In this document: piece by piece, positions 49,208-60,676 of the stretch
Layout of the letters: every line of letters begins with the position of its first letter
Numbering within the stretch: position 1 is the stretch's first letter
DNA from: Euglena gracilis
Taxonomy: Eukaryota
DNA: 64,000 bases
Assembly (NCBI GenBank): GCA_039621445.1
Contig: CP154954.1
Coordinates: 35,759,703-35,823,702 of the forward strand
Direction of reading: 5' to 3'
Notes under the pieces: generated by a model
What the model saw: the letters and a program-made list of their open reading frames with translations, nothing else
What the model was told of the DNA's origin: nothing
Databases searched by the model: none
Made by a program: the position numbers and the translations under genes

Positions 49208-51292
49208 CCGAGTAACCCAATGGGTGTTCCAGGAGGCCTCCAAAGTCAGGGAATGTTGGTTGCAAGAAATGAGCACATTTAGATGGGTGCATTCGACCAT
49301 TCCGGGGGACATTTACCAGGTCAGCCCAGGTTGCCACCTAAAAGAGGACCAAATTGGTCCTTACTCCGAGTAGCCGAATGGGTGTTCCAGGAGGCCTTCA
49401 AAGTCCGGGGACCCGTTGGTTTCATGATTGTCGTGGTTTAATGGTAAGACAAACATGCAGCGGGAATGTTGGTTGCAAGAAATGAGCACATTTAGATGGG
49501 TGTATTCGACCATTCCGGGGGACATTTACCAGGTCAGCCCAGGTTGCCAGGTAAAAATGGACCAAATTGGTCCTTACTCCGAGTAACCCAATGGGTGTTC
49601 CAGGAGGCCTTCAAAGTCGGGGGACCCGTTGGTTTCATGATTGTCGTGGTTTAATTGTCAGAAAAACATGCAGCGGGAATGTTGGTTGCAAGAAATGAGC
49701 ACATTTAGATGGGTGCATTCGACCATTCCTGGTGACATTTACCAGGTCAGCGCAGGTTGCCACGTAAAAGTAGACCAAATTGGGCCTTACTCCGAGTAAC
49801 CGAATGGGTGTTCCCGGAGGCCTCCAAAGTCAGGGGACCCGTTGGTTTCATGATTGTCGTGGTTTAATGGCAAGAAAAACATGCAGCGGGAATGTTGGTT
49901 GCAAAAAAATGAGCACATTTAGATGGGTGCATTCGACCATTCCCGGGGACATTTACCAGGTCAGCCCAGGTTACCATGTAAAAATTGGCCAAATTGGGCC
50001 TTACTCCGAGTAACCGAATGGGTGTTCCAGGAGGCCACCAAAGTCAGGGTGCCTGTTGGTTTCATGATTGTCGTGGTTTAGTGGTAAGAAAAACATGCAG
50101 CAGGAATGTTGGTTGCAAGAAATGAGCACATTTAGATGGGTGCATTCGACCATTCCGGGGGACATTTACCAGGTCAGCCCAGGTTACCATGTAAAAACGG
50201 ACCAAATTGGGCCTTACTCCGAGTAACCGAATTGGTGTTGCAGGAGGCGTCCAAAGTCAGGGGACCCGTTGGTTTCATGATTGTCGTGGTTTAGTTGTAA
50301 GAAAAACATGCAGCGGGAATGTTTGTTGCAAGAAATGAGCACATTTAGATGGGTGCTTTCGACCATTCCGGGGGACATTTGCCAGGTCAGCCCAGGTTAC
50401 CACGTAAAAATGGACCAAATTGGGCCTTACTCCGAGTAACCGAATGGGTGTTCCAGGAGGCCTCCAAAGTCAGGGGACCCGTTGGTTTCATGATTGTCGT
50501 GGTTTAATGGTAAGGAAAACATGCAGCGGGAATGTTGGTTGCAAGAAATGAGCACATTTAGATGGGTGCATTCGACCATTCCGGGGGACATTTGCCAGGT
50601 CAGCCCAGGTTACCATGTAAAAATGGACCAAATTGGGCCTTACTCCGAGTAACCGAATGGGTGTTCCAGGAGGCCTCCAAAGTCAGGGGACCCGTTGGTT
50701 TCATGATTGTCGTGGTTTAATGGTAAGAAAAACATGCAGCGGGAATGTTGGTTGCAAGAAATCAGCACATTTAGATGGGTGCATTCGACCATTCCGGGGG
50801 ACATTTACCAGGTCAGCCCAGGTTGCCACCTAAAAGAGGACCAAATTGGTCCTTACTCCGAGTAGCCTAATGGGTGTTCCAGGAGGCCTTCAAAGTCCGG
50901 GGACCCGTTGGTTTCAAGATTGTCGTGGTTTAATGGTAAGACAAACATGCAGCGGGAATGTTGGTTGCAAGAAATGAGCACATTTAGATGGGTGCATTCG
51001 ACCATTCCGGGGGACATTTACCAGGTCAGCCCAGGTTGCCAGGTAAAAATGGACCAAATTGGTCCTTACTCCGAGTAACCCAATGGGTGTTCCAGGAGGC
51101 CTTCAAAGTCGGGGGACCCGTTGGTTTCATGATTGTCGTGGTTTAATTGTCAGAAAAACATGCAGCGGGAATGTTGGTTGCAAGAAATGAGCACATTTAG
51201 ATGGGTGCATTCGACCATTCCTGGTGACATTTACCAGGTCAGCGCAGGTTGCCACGTAAAAGTAGACCAAATTGGGCCTTACTCCGAGTAAC
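49208..51292 (+). repeat. 213-bp satellite, diverged block (about 10 monomers)
   Basis: Same monomer with more substitutions (gttgccac, tggtcc, ccttcaaag). Confidence 0.96.
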
Positions 51293-54200
51293 AAGTTCGC
51301 TGGACAAGTTGGTACGACTACGGAGGACACTGCGCTGAACGAGGTTGGTAAGGAATGGATTGGACATCACCCATGCTAATGTGAGCATGTTTACAACCAG
51401 ATTACCTGCAGTTTTTCTGACAATTTAAGACCACGAAATCGAGGTGTGTTTGAAGTGGAACACCCCCCCCCCAATTGGGTTAATCAGAGTAATAAGACCT
51501 TTACTAAGTGCGACTTCGGCAAGCGATGCCCTGGAAGTCGCGGGTTATGGGTGAATGCTGCCTGTGGCGCGGACCTTCCACACCCACCCCGGCCGCAGCC
51601 CCTGTTGTGCCATTCCCCCGACTCTAAAGAAGGAAGCCCGTTTTCAGGCCGCGGACCAGCCGGTCCGAGCGGTACCAATTCTGCGTCCAGGGTGCCTGGG
51701 GACCTTCCATGCCCCCGGCCGGTGAAGACCATCCAGAGATGATTCCGCCCCTCACACACCAGCGCGATCGGTACCCCCCCCTTGCCCTTATGCAACCATG
51801 GGTCCTGCTGGAGAGTTGTGCACACCCCGTGTATTGTCTCTTGGTACCCTGATGACAGTCTGGGATCTTGTCCACCAGGCCCTGCGTCACCTTCTGAAGA
51901 CGCAGATGCGGTATTGCCCCCCTGTCCCGGTGTATCTGCACTACACAACCCGTGCTGGACGGGTTCTGGGTATGTTGCCATCCAGCCTCTCAACGACCTC
52001 CACCCGCGTGCGGAATGAAGGACGTCTGGCGGCTTGCTTCTCCCTGCCTTCTCTCTTTTTCTACTCCTCCTGATGCACGCGTGCCTTCTCGTCCTGCAGC
52101 TGTCCCTACGGTCTCTTTCGGCGCACGCCTGATGTGGCGATCTGAGCGCGGCCGCGCATGTGTGCCGAAGACCAGGTACCTCCCCGCGTGGGAGTTGACC
52201 CCCATGCGAGGCCTGACAACTCCCCACCTGGATGCCAGGGTCTGATTGGCTCCCCGCGGACTCGGGCCCTCTCGAGGATGAACCTGCGCTAACGGCCAGC
52301 GGCACAATTGTTCCTCGCATGCCAGATTCAGTCTGAAGAGCACGGTGACGAGGTATTACTGCGATCCGCACGCGTGCTGACGAGCCCAGCGTTAACCCCC
52401 GCAGCTTCCTTGGCATGCTAGGTTCTCTACCCGTACCTAGACCCGGCGCACATTAGTACGCAGGCACCTGATTTTGGGGGCAACCGGTGATAGGGTTTCT
52501 ACGAGCCCCTTACACCTGGGATTAACCTGCAGGACCCAGGAGCAAATACAGTGGGCTCCGAATGGTCACGGGATGTGAAGGCATCCATTAAATGCGGTGT
52601 CCTAGTGACAAACCTTACGCCGCCGTCTGCGCATTGCCACCGGACAAGAGCCACCCCGGGTCCATGACGGAGGGGAACCCATGGTCCATCCGGAGTCGGC
52701 CCAATGCTGTGGTCCAGTACTCTAGCGAACACGCGTGATCCACCCCCTGGCGACCCAGCACGGAATGGGACGCGAACCATGCAGTCAAGGTGCTCATGGC
52801 TGGCCGGCACATTCCCGAGGCCGGTGCGACCAATTTTACAGCACGCCAAAGAACCACAATTCGGGGGCGTCCAAGGTGTGGGTGAAGGGCCGCTAAGGAA
52901 CAACCATGAGGGAGAAGCCAGCGGTCCCTAGCAGGACCATTTGACAATAGCCTTGCGTTGGGCTGGCCCCCGGCTGGTCGCTCACCCCTTCACGAACTGT
53001 GTAGCCAAACCGCTCCAGGTGGTATCTACCCCACACCGACAATCAGACCCCATTACGGGGACCCGCGCATCAGGTGGCCCCCTTGCTGGTGGCCGTCGTA
53101 GGAGGTCTGCTGGAAGGACGACGCACCGGGGACAGCGGCAAGCTCATCGCTGCTGCACTGGTTGGGACCGGGGTTTTACTTCCCATGCGAAGCACCCTTC
53201 GACTGTGTATGTGCAACACCCTTCGGGCCTTGGGTGGCACACCCATGGGTCCTCGACTCCAACCGGTCCTCCGTGTTCGCCCGCCCTCCGGTGTGAACGG
53301 TGAGAACCCTGATGCGGCGCACGGAATTCCGTCTGGGAACAGTGGGTTTCCTGCTCTGGGGGACCCGAGAGGTCCTGCTCAGACTGGTGCGTGGAATCCC
53401 GACGGGGGGGGCCGGAAGTCCACCGTCTGCGTGCTGAAGATGTGGCGGTGCTCCTTTCAGGCGTGGGGAGGTCCTACCAACGGCCTAGGCGTCCTTTTAA
53501 TGGCTCCCAGGGTGGGGCTGGTTGCGGCTGTGACCCGACCTCGGGTGGGAATTATCGGTGACCCCAGGACAGGCGGCGTCCTGGAGATTGCCCTGGAGGG
53601 AGACCCGAGGGGGTTCCGCTGTCATGTTCCCGCGAGGAACGGCTCGACCGGGCTTGCGTTGCACCTGGTGCTTACATGGGCGGGTTTTCCTAATCCACCC
53701 CGCGATGGGAAACCCCACTGGTACACGACAATGGTTCGGGTCCCCTAATCCGCTCCGGTCTGATGGCACCGTCTCGGCTCCCGCTGCCCTTTTCATCCGG
53801 ATCTTGGGTCCCCCACCCTCAACAGATCCGCGGTCGGGGATCGCGCGTACTGCGATTCGAGCGCCGTTGCTCCGAGTTCTCGCCTTCTCGCCCCAGAGAT
53901 GGTCCCAAGCCGCCCGGGCCGGATACCCAGCCCCGCTTTGTGGCTTCCATCTGCTTGGCCGGCGGGAGACCGTGGACCAGCAGCCTCTTTCCGAGAATGT
54001 CGGCGCCGGGAACGAGGTGCGGCTTGCTTTGAGTCTCGATGCTTGCCCCGCGACCTAGATGTCGGGGGGTACCGGTCGACGGCTCCCGTCTTTCCTGCCG
54101 TGAGACCATCGGAACTTCCGAGACTGGGGGTGAGAGGATCTACTGACCGCGCTTGCGTACGCAACCCGGTTACCGTCTGCTAACTGGCAAGTCCACTGGC

Positions 54201-56144
54201 ACATCGAAATAACTGGTGGTCATCGACGAACAACCAAGATTTCCGTACTCTTAACCACCAGCCAGTGGTACATCAGCGGGTAACCCCAACTGCCGTGGCT
54301 TTGGTGAACCAATCCGCATTCGGATTGACCGGTATGAGGGGAGTTCGTTCATCCTGGGGGATTTTCTCCACCACATGGGATAAGTTTGGGCGGACTGGAG
54401 TCGGAATCGGTGCACCCCAAAATCCACCGATACACCTTCGGCCGTAGTTGACATGGCAGTAGCGACCAATACCGATCGAAAAACCGGACACCTGCGATTT
54501 TGATGGGCTCAATTTCCACAACATGAAGGAATCACTCGCCGGCGCTTTTGGAGACCCAGTTTTCACAATAACGGCGTTGACCTTAAATGCGTTCCATACC
54601 GCATCGCGTACTGCGTCGACCAGTGGCGCTGGGGTGAAGAGCGGTCTTCACGGGATCCACCTGGTCAAGGAGTGTGTCATGGGGCTCCCAAGGGTGATGG
54701 GTTGGATGGGTGCATACCCAGCCCCATATCATGACCAATGGACTATGTGTGCACGGGCTTTGCTGCCTCGGCAATCCACTCGGTTGTTGCACGTTGCCAA
54801 TGTAACGCGCGCCCTTTGCGATGGTGTATGGTTACGCGAATCCCCCCCGTTGTGGTCCAATGCCCACTCTGGCACATCCGTACAAAAACGGGAACCCCTT
54901 CCGTGGTGGCTCCTTGCCGACAACAAACGTTGGGCCCTGACGTGGATGTCGAACCTTCGTTCATCTTGCTGGTAAGAAGAACCCACTGTCAGTAACACGG
55001 AAATGTACCACCACCGTACTGTAGCAGCAGGTGACAAACAAGCAAATCGCACACACGGGAAGTATTTCACCATTGAAGGACCTAACGTGATTGCCCCAGC
55101 GGTCACTGACACGTTTGGAACGGCACGAGGGGACCGCTACTCGCCTTGCCCTGCCAAAGTAAGGAACACCGTTGGTGTGTCACCTGGGCAGGGGTGTTCC
55201 TTCGCGGTACCCCGGTGTGGAAACCGTGGAGCGGGTGCACAACCGGCAACAAAGAAGTAAAAGGTTCGAAGGTGATGGAAAAAACTGGTGACTTCCCAGG
55301 ACAGACCGCACAAACAGAACGCCCACGGGTCTTGCGTTTGGGGCCTGCCGCGCGGTTGATGTGCGCAAACCGTGGAACAGTGGCACCATCCCCCCCTACC
55401 CGCCGGTGCTGCCCTTCCACCGGGAGCTTCACAAAAAACAACACCAAAAAACAACCAGGATTCCCGGATGGACTCCGGACTATAAAACACCCAGGTATCC
55501 GGAAATTGCGGTTTGGGGGGGTGTGAGTGGTGCTTGGGGACCGAGGGGTAGGACTATGTCCAAAAAGCATCCCCAAGTCACCCACCTCAAACACACAACG
55601 GGAAAACCCCACAAAAACCCCACAAACGGTGGTCAGCCGTCGTAATTTTGATGGCGTCTTGGCTTGCACCAACAAAAAAGTAACCGGGGATGAGTGATCA
55701 CCCACCCGAAAAAAGTAGTCAAATGCCGCACAAACCGTGGTCCATGAGAATTGACTTTTGCACAAAAATTTTGGATTTTTTCCGCTTAAACCCGACCAAA
55801 ACAGTTCCACCTGGTCGGGGTAGCGCGAAGGGCGAGACTGCGAACACAAAAGCGTTTTCTTGACAAGCTACCAGACACAATCCATGGAACCTTTTCCTAC
55901 CTTTGCACACATTCCAGAGCGGTAACGGAAAACCGCAGTGGGGCCCGAACTGGGCAACGGCCCCGACTTTGGGGGTGAGGTACGACCACAGAAACCGGAA
56001 GGCCCATTCACAACACAATGGCAGGGTGGGCAGGGTTGTGGAGGTCCTACCTCCATCTGTTCATTAGCCCAGAGGTCCGTGCCCTCGGACCTCGGGTTCC
56101 CCTACTCCAGGTCCGAACCGGCCGAATCGCCGGCTATGGGCCTT

Positions 56145-59100
56145 TTAGAGGTATAAAACGGATTTAAACGTGCGCACCGCCATGCGGGCCTTGTCGAAAT
56201 CGGTATCCGTGGTCTCATCCCCCTCCCTGCCCGAAGCCGGGGTGTCATCCTCCAAACAAGATATCTTGAAACCGACTTTATGGCAGTTGGAGGAGTGACC
56301 CTTGTCACCGCGATTCATACCGCGATGACGTTGGCCAGGGCAGGGAGAATGAGAACGCGGACATTTGGATGAGTGGTGATCACTCGATCCACAAAGCGAA
56401 CACCGAGATTTGGGTCGCGATTCTTGGTAACGGGGGGATCGGTTTCCCGATTTCCCGTCAAACCGTCGTGGTGACCGGATATCCCGTCGACCATGACCGG
56501 TGTATCGGGGTTTTCCCGATGACGATCGCGAAGAAGATTATCCGCTTCGCGAACGCGATCGCGATGTCTCGCGATGAGAATCACGCTTCTTGGCCGGGGC
56601 ACCGGGTGACCTACCCCGAGGGGTACCGTGTTTCCGCTTATCGCGGAACGGGATCCGGGGGCTAATACCACCGGAACGGGGACCCGATGACCGTGAATTG
56701 CCCGATTGGCGTGAAAACGCGGAGGAACCCGAACCTCGTGATGAGGTCGAGCCTCGCGGACTCTGAATACGCTTACGCGCTTCAGGATTAGGACATTCCC
56801 GAGACATATGTCCCGATTTGTTGCACAAAAAAGCACACTTTATCCGTGGCTTGGTCCGAAGAACGCGGTATCGCGTTTTCGATCCCGTGGTGGGTGAAGC
56901 GGGTGGAACTGGTGATTTTTGCAATGCGTTCACCGAACCAGCCGGTAATCCAGCGGTTGGGTGTGCGGTATACGCGGATTGAATCTGACCAAGAAGCTGT
57001 GATAGCTTCAGTTGCTTGGAAACATAATTCCAGCGTTGGTCAAGAGTCATTGCATTACCCGCCAACTCCTCACGATGGATATCCTTGATGAGGCTAGGCG
57101 TGAAATGCATGAGAACAGCGTCAAACTGTTCGCGCATTTGCTTTTCACTGAGTTCATCCACTTCAGCGGCAAGTCCTAACCATTTGGCATACCAAAGGTC
57201 AATGGACTTCCATTTGCGATCGGGTGGGGCGCATTGCCGCCACTTGGTCTCCAGGGTAATCCTAGCGACCAAACTTGAACTGGTGGAAGCGTATTGCTCC
57301 ACCAGGTCATCAAAGGAAACGCGGTAGCGAATGACAAGTTGTCGCGCGCGCTCCTTCTCATCCCTAGGGAGGCAATCGATGAATTCCATCTTGATCACCT
57401 TCGGGTTTGTGTCCTGGGTTGGCCCTTTCAATGCCCAGTAGTACTCCCAGTCCCGGAAAAACTGTCTCCATGTGGTTGGATCACCGTCCCATTGGGGTTT
57501 CACCTTATTCGCGATTGTGATGGTGCCCTTGAAGTCTTTCTGAAAAACCCGTTGGCCCTCGGTGGTATTCCGTGGATTCGGTCCCGGGTACGCTCGAGCA
57601 CCAAGCGTATCCTTTCCGGATTCTTGTCGGAATCGCGAAATTTCTGGTGAAGGTGAATCCTGGTACCGGAAATCCGGTCGCAAACCCTGTTGGTCACCCG
57701 TAATAGGGGGACACTCCGGTGTGGGGGTATGTCGCGCATGCAACATGTGACCCACTCCCGGTGTACGGGATTGGCTCATTCCACGCACAAGCATGGAATG
57801 ATGGATTTCTTGGTGGAGACTTGGCCGAATCGCCGTTTTTTCCGAAAATTCCGTTCCCGTAATGGGAGATTCATCCGAAAACTGGTTTTGAGTTGTAGGC
57901 AAGGCCAGTGGTGGCACAATTCGCGGAATCGCGGATTGTGACACTCGGGACACGGGTGGTGGTGGTGCATGTGCACCCAGATTCGGGTTGTGGAAACGCG
58001 AATCTGGAGCATCTGGCGCATCTTCGGCAATGCATACTGCCGAATTGCGGTGTGAAACCCGCTGTTGGTTGGACACATTATCCAAACACACAGACAAGTC
58101 ATGCACACTTTGCTCCAAATGCTCAACGTGTTGGATTTGGCCGCAAATACGGTCAACTTCATCCTCCAAAGCGCAAATACGCTTGCGGTAACAAAAAAAG
58201 TCATCCAAGTGCGGAATCCTTTCGGAAATTCCGGTAACATCTGGAACAAGTTTCCCGTGAGACTTATCCAGTGTTTGGAGTTGTCCCATTAATGCTTTTA
58301 CAGCATTTGAGAGAATCTGCAAAGGTGATGTCACCTTGGTTGGTGTGGTGGTGGGTGCAACCGGTGCAGGGTTATCCGACAACACGGTTGTGGTACCCAT
58401 GGGCAAATTTCCAGGTCGTGGCTTATCCAACAACGCGGAAATCCGCTCATCCAACCTGGTAATCTCACCTTGCGTGGATCGGGCATTCCGATTCACCGAT
58501 TCCTCAAGCCGTAATAGGATGTTGCAGAAATCTTGCAAGGTTTCCTGATTGTTAGTGAGCATTTTGTCATAAAATGCCTTGAAATCAGGGTTCTCGGTAA
58601 TCCGAGAACTTGAACCTGCAGGTAGAGACTGCATTTCCGTTACTTTGGTAGACACCGATGCATACCGGGTCTGGAGTTCTCCAATAGCAGTCTGAATGCC
58701 GCTAATGTCCGGAACTCGGTGGGAAAGTGCGGAATAGCTTTGTTGCAAACCCGCAATGGCCGAGTTAATCCCGCCAATGTCGGATTGCAACTGCAACTGC
58801 AGGGAATCCTGCCGTTGTGCCATTTCCGCGACTTTCGCGCTCAGATTGGATAATCCAACCCGATTTGCGTCACAATAGCAGGTTTTCTGCTCCAAACGGT
58901 AAAGTCGCTCCTCCAACTGCCGCACATACGTGTGGGGAGCAAAATTCTCGTTGGCTTGTGACTGGAATTACCGAAACTTTTCCGTTTCATCGCACAACTG
59001 CATAATGCGGTGTTACGATTCATGGAAAGATGCGGACAATGTGGTGAAATGGTCCATAGACACAAATCCACCACTGCTTGATGTTGCAGATGACGAATCT

Positions 59101-60080
59101 CGTGCATGCAACTGTTGTTGCAAATGCAACAACGCGGATGAACAGGACTCCATTTGTCCCGATAATCGTTGTAGTGAGTCGTGCAAGTGCAGAAACTTGG
59201 AGTCGTTCCGCGTTTCCGCTTCATGCATGCATTCACTAATTTGCCGGAAGTGTTGCGGGAGTTGTTGGCACATTTTGTCAAAGGGTTCCCGAAAGTTTGC
59301 AAGGTCAATACCCGTACTTTCGAAATTCCTCTGGCAATATCTGCCAACTTCCTGCAAGTAATTCCAGCAGTGTTCCAGCTTGGTGAAGACATGTTTCTGG
59401 TTGTCCTCATCAAACTGAAGCACTTTGTTCAATGCGGTTGCACACTCTGCAACGCATTGTTGCACATGGTTGAACTGCCTCACAAGGGGGTGATCCCCTG
59501 GAAGCCGAGCAACAATATCCTGCACATCCTCAGCAGTGAGGAGCTCACCAGTGCCCTTCCCATAGTCATCCATGGGTTGGGATGTACCGGAGAATTCCGG
59601 CACCACGAGGCGAGTCTCCGGTTGCCAAGGTAGTGCGGGATAGCACCCGATATCGGGGGGCGGTGGCAAAGCTCTGTAAGGGCTTGCCGGAGGAAGAGCG
59701 GGTGGTGGTTGAAAGAAACACGGGGTTTCCAACCCACCATCACCAGAGAAGCCCGGTGGCGGAATCACCACGGGTCTCTCCGGTGTGTGCAGCTGCACCG
59801 TTGCCGCAGACAGAGGCGAATACTCTCGTTGTGGCAAGGTGAGTGCGGAAGAGGCCGCATTAGCCTCTGAAGACGATGAAGTGGAGGGCTCATCGCCGAC
59901 CACTTTCAATGATGACAAGTGTTGCAATTGTGACAATTGAACCAATTTTGCCTCATCGGCGTGGGAACTGGAAGCACTTTCACATAAAAGCTTCCAATCC
60001 CCATTTTCTTGGTCAATGCCTTGCAATGATGCCTGTAATAAGTCATAATTGAATTGATGGTTGGGGCCTGTGCTTTGCAT
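56145..60080 (-). pseudogene. gag: Long gag, single frame interrupted by three TAA stops
   Basis: ORFs 59013-60113 and 56538-58925 and the downstream segment are in one frame; KPQWDGDPTTWRQFFRDWEYYW; CAFLCNKSGHMSREC and CSLCGSSDHHSSKC. Confidence 0.8.
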
Positions 60081-60363
60081 CTTTCTGATGACAAAAACAG
60101 CAAAAACCCTCAAAACTAAGCAGTTGTGCTGGCACCAGAGGGGCTGTAACGGGTAATACCGTACAGAACCTTCCGGAGCCTGCTCGTCTGCTTAGACGTT
60201 GACTAGAAGCCGGGAGCTGACTCTGCGACCGTGTAATAACGGTGCAGGGGCTCTCCGCTGCCAGTCAGCGTAGTATCGAACCAATCTGCTACCAAGTGTA
60301 ATACCTGGTAGCCTTTCTTTCTGTGAAGTATGTATATAGGATCGTAACCAATCTGCTACCAAG

Positions 60364-60676
60364 TGTACGTCTGATTCCCAATTCCCCTTTCCAAATTCCC
60401 AAAAGCCTTCGCTTTCGCCTTGGCGCACCTACTTGGGAACTGAAAATCAGAGAAACAGAAAATCCCTTTACCCACTTCCCAAGAAGCAAAGCACGGAGCA
60501 ATGCAGGGGGTACGGACTGGATAACCAAGTCCGGTCCGATGGAAAGGAAGGAAAAGGTATGAAGAAGAATACCACCTGTGGAGAGAGAAGGGGCACCCAT
60601 TAGGAGATCCTAATAGGATCTGCTTCCATCCTAACTTCCTCAACGGAAGGGGACAGAAGCATACGCCTGGTACACA
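60364..60676 (-). repeat. Putative 5' LTR of copy B (313 bp, or 380 bp if it ends at 60297)
   Basis: TG start at the satellite edge; ends GACGTACA before CT-TGGTAGCAGATTGGTT. Confidence 0.7.

Larger units (their letters stand above)
54240..60676 (-). mobile_element. Family 2 LTR retrotransposon, copy B (5' LTR, double PBS, gag, heavily decayed pol start with Dam-like remnant)
   Basis: Begins TGTGTACCAGGC at 60676; gag homologous to copy A; 55560-54240 aligns by eye with 46573-47900 (e.g. HVVEKIPQDE...LIPVNPNADWF). Left boundary approximate. Confidence 0.85.

Noticed and set aside
56538-59015. Alternative genetic code with TAA read as Gln
   Set aside because: The many other Gln codons in the long ORFs are CAA/CAG; three stops are better explained by point mutation.
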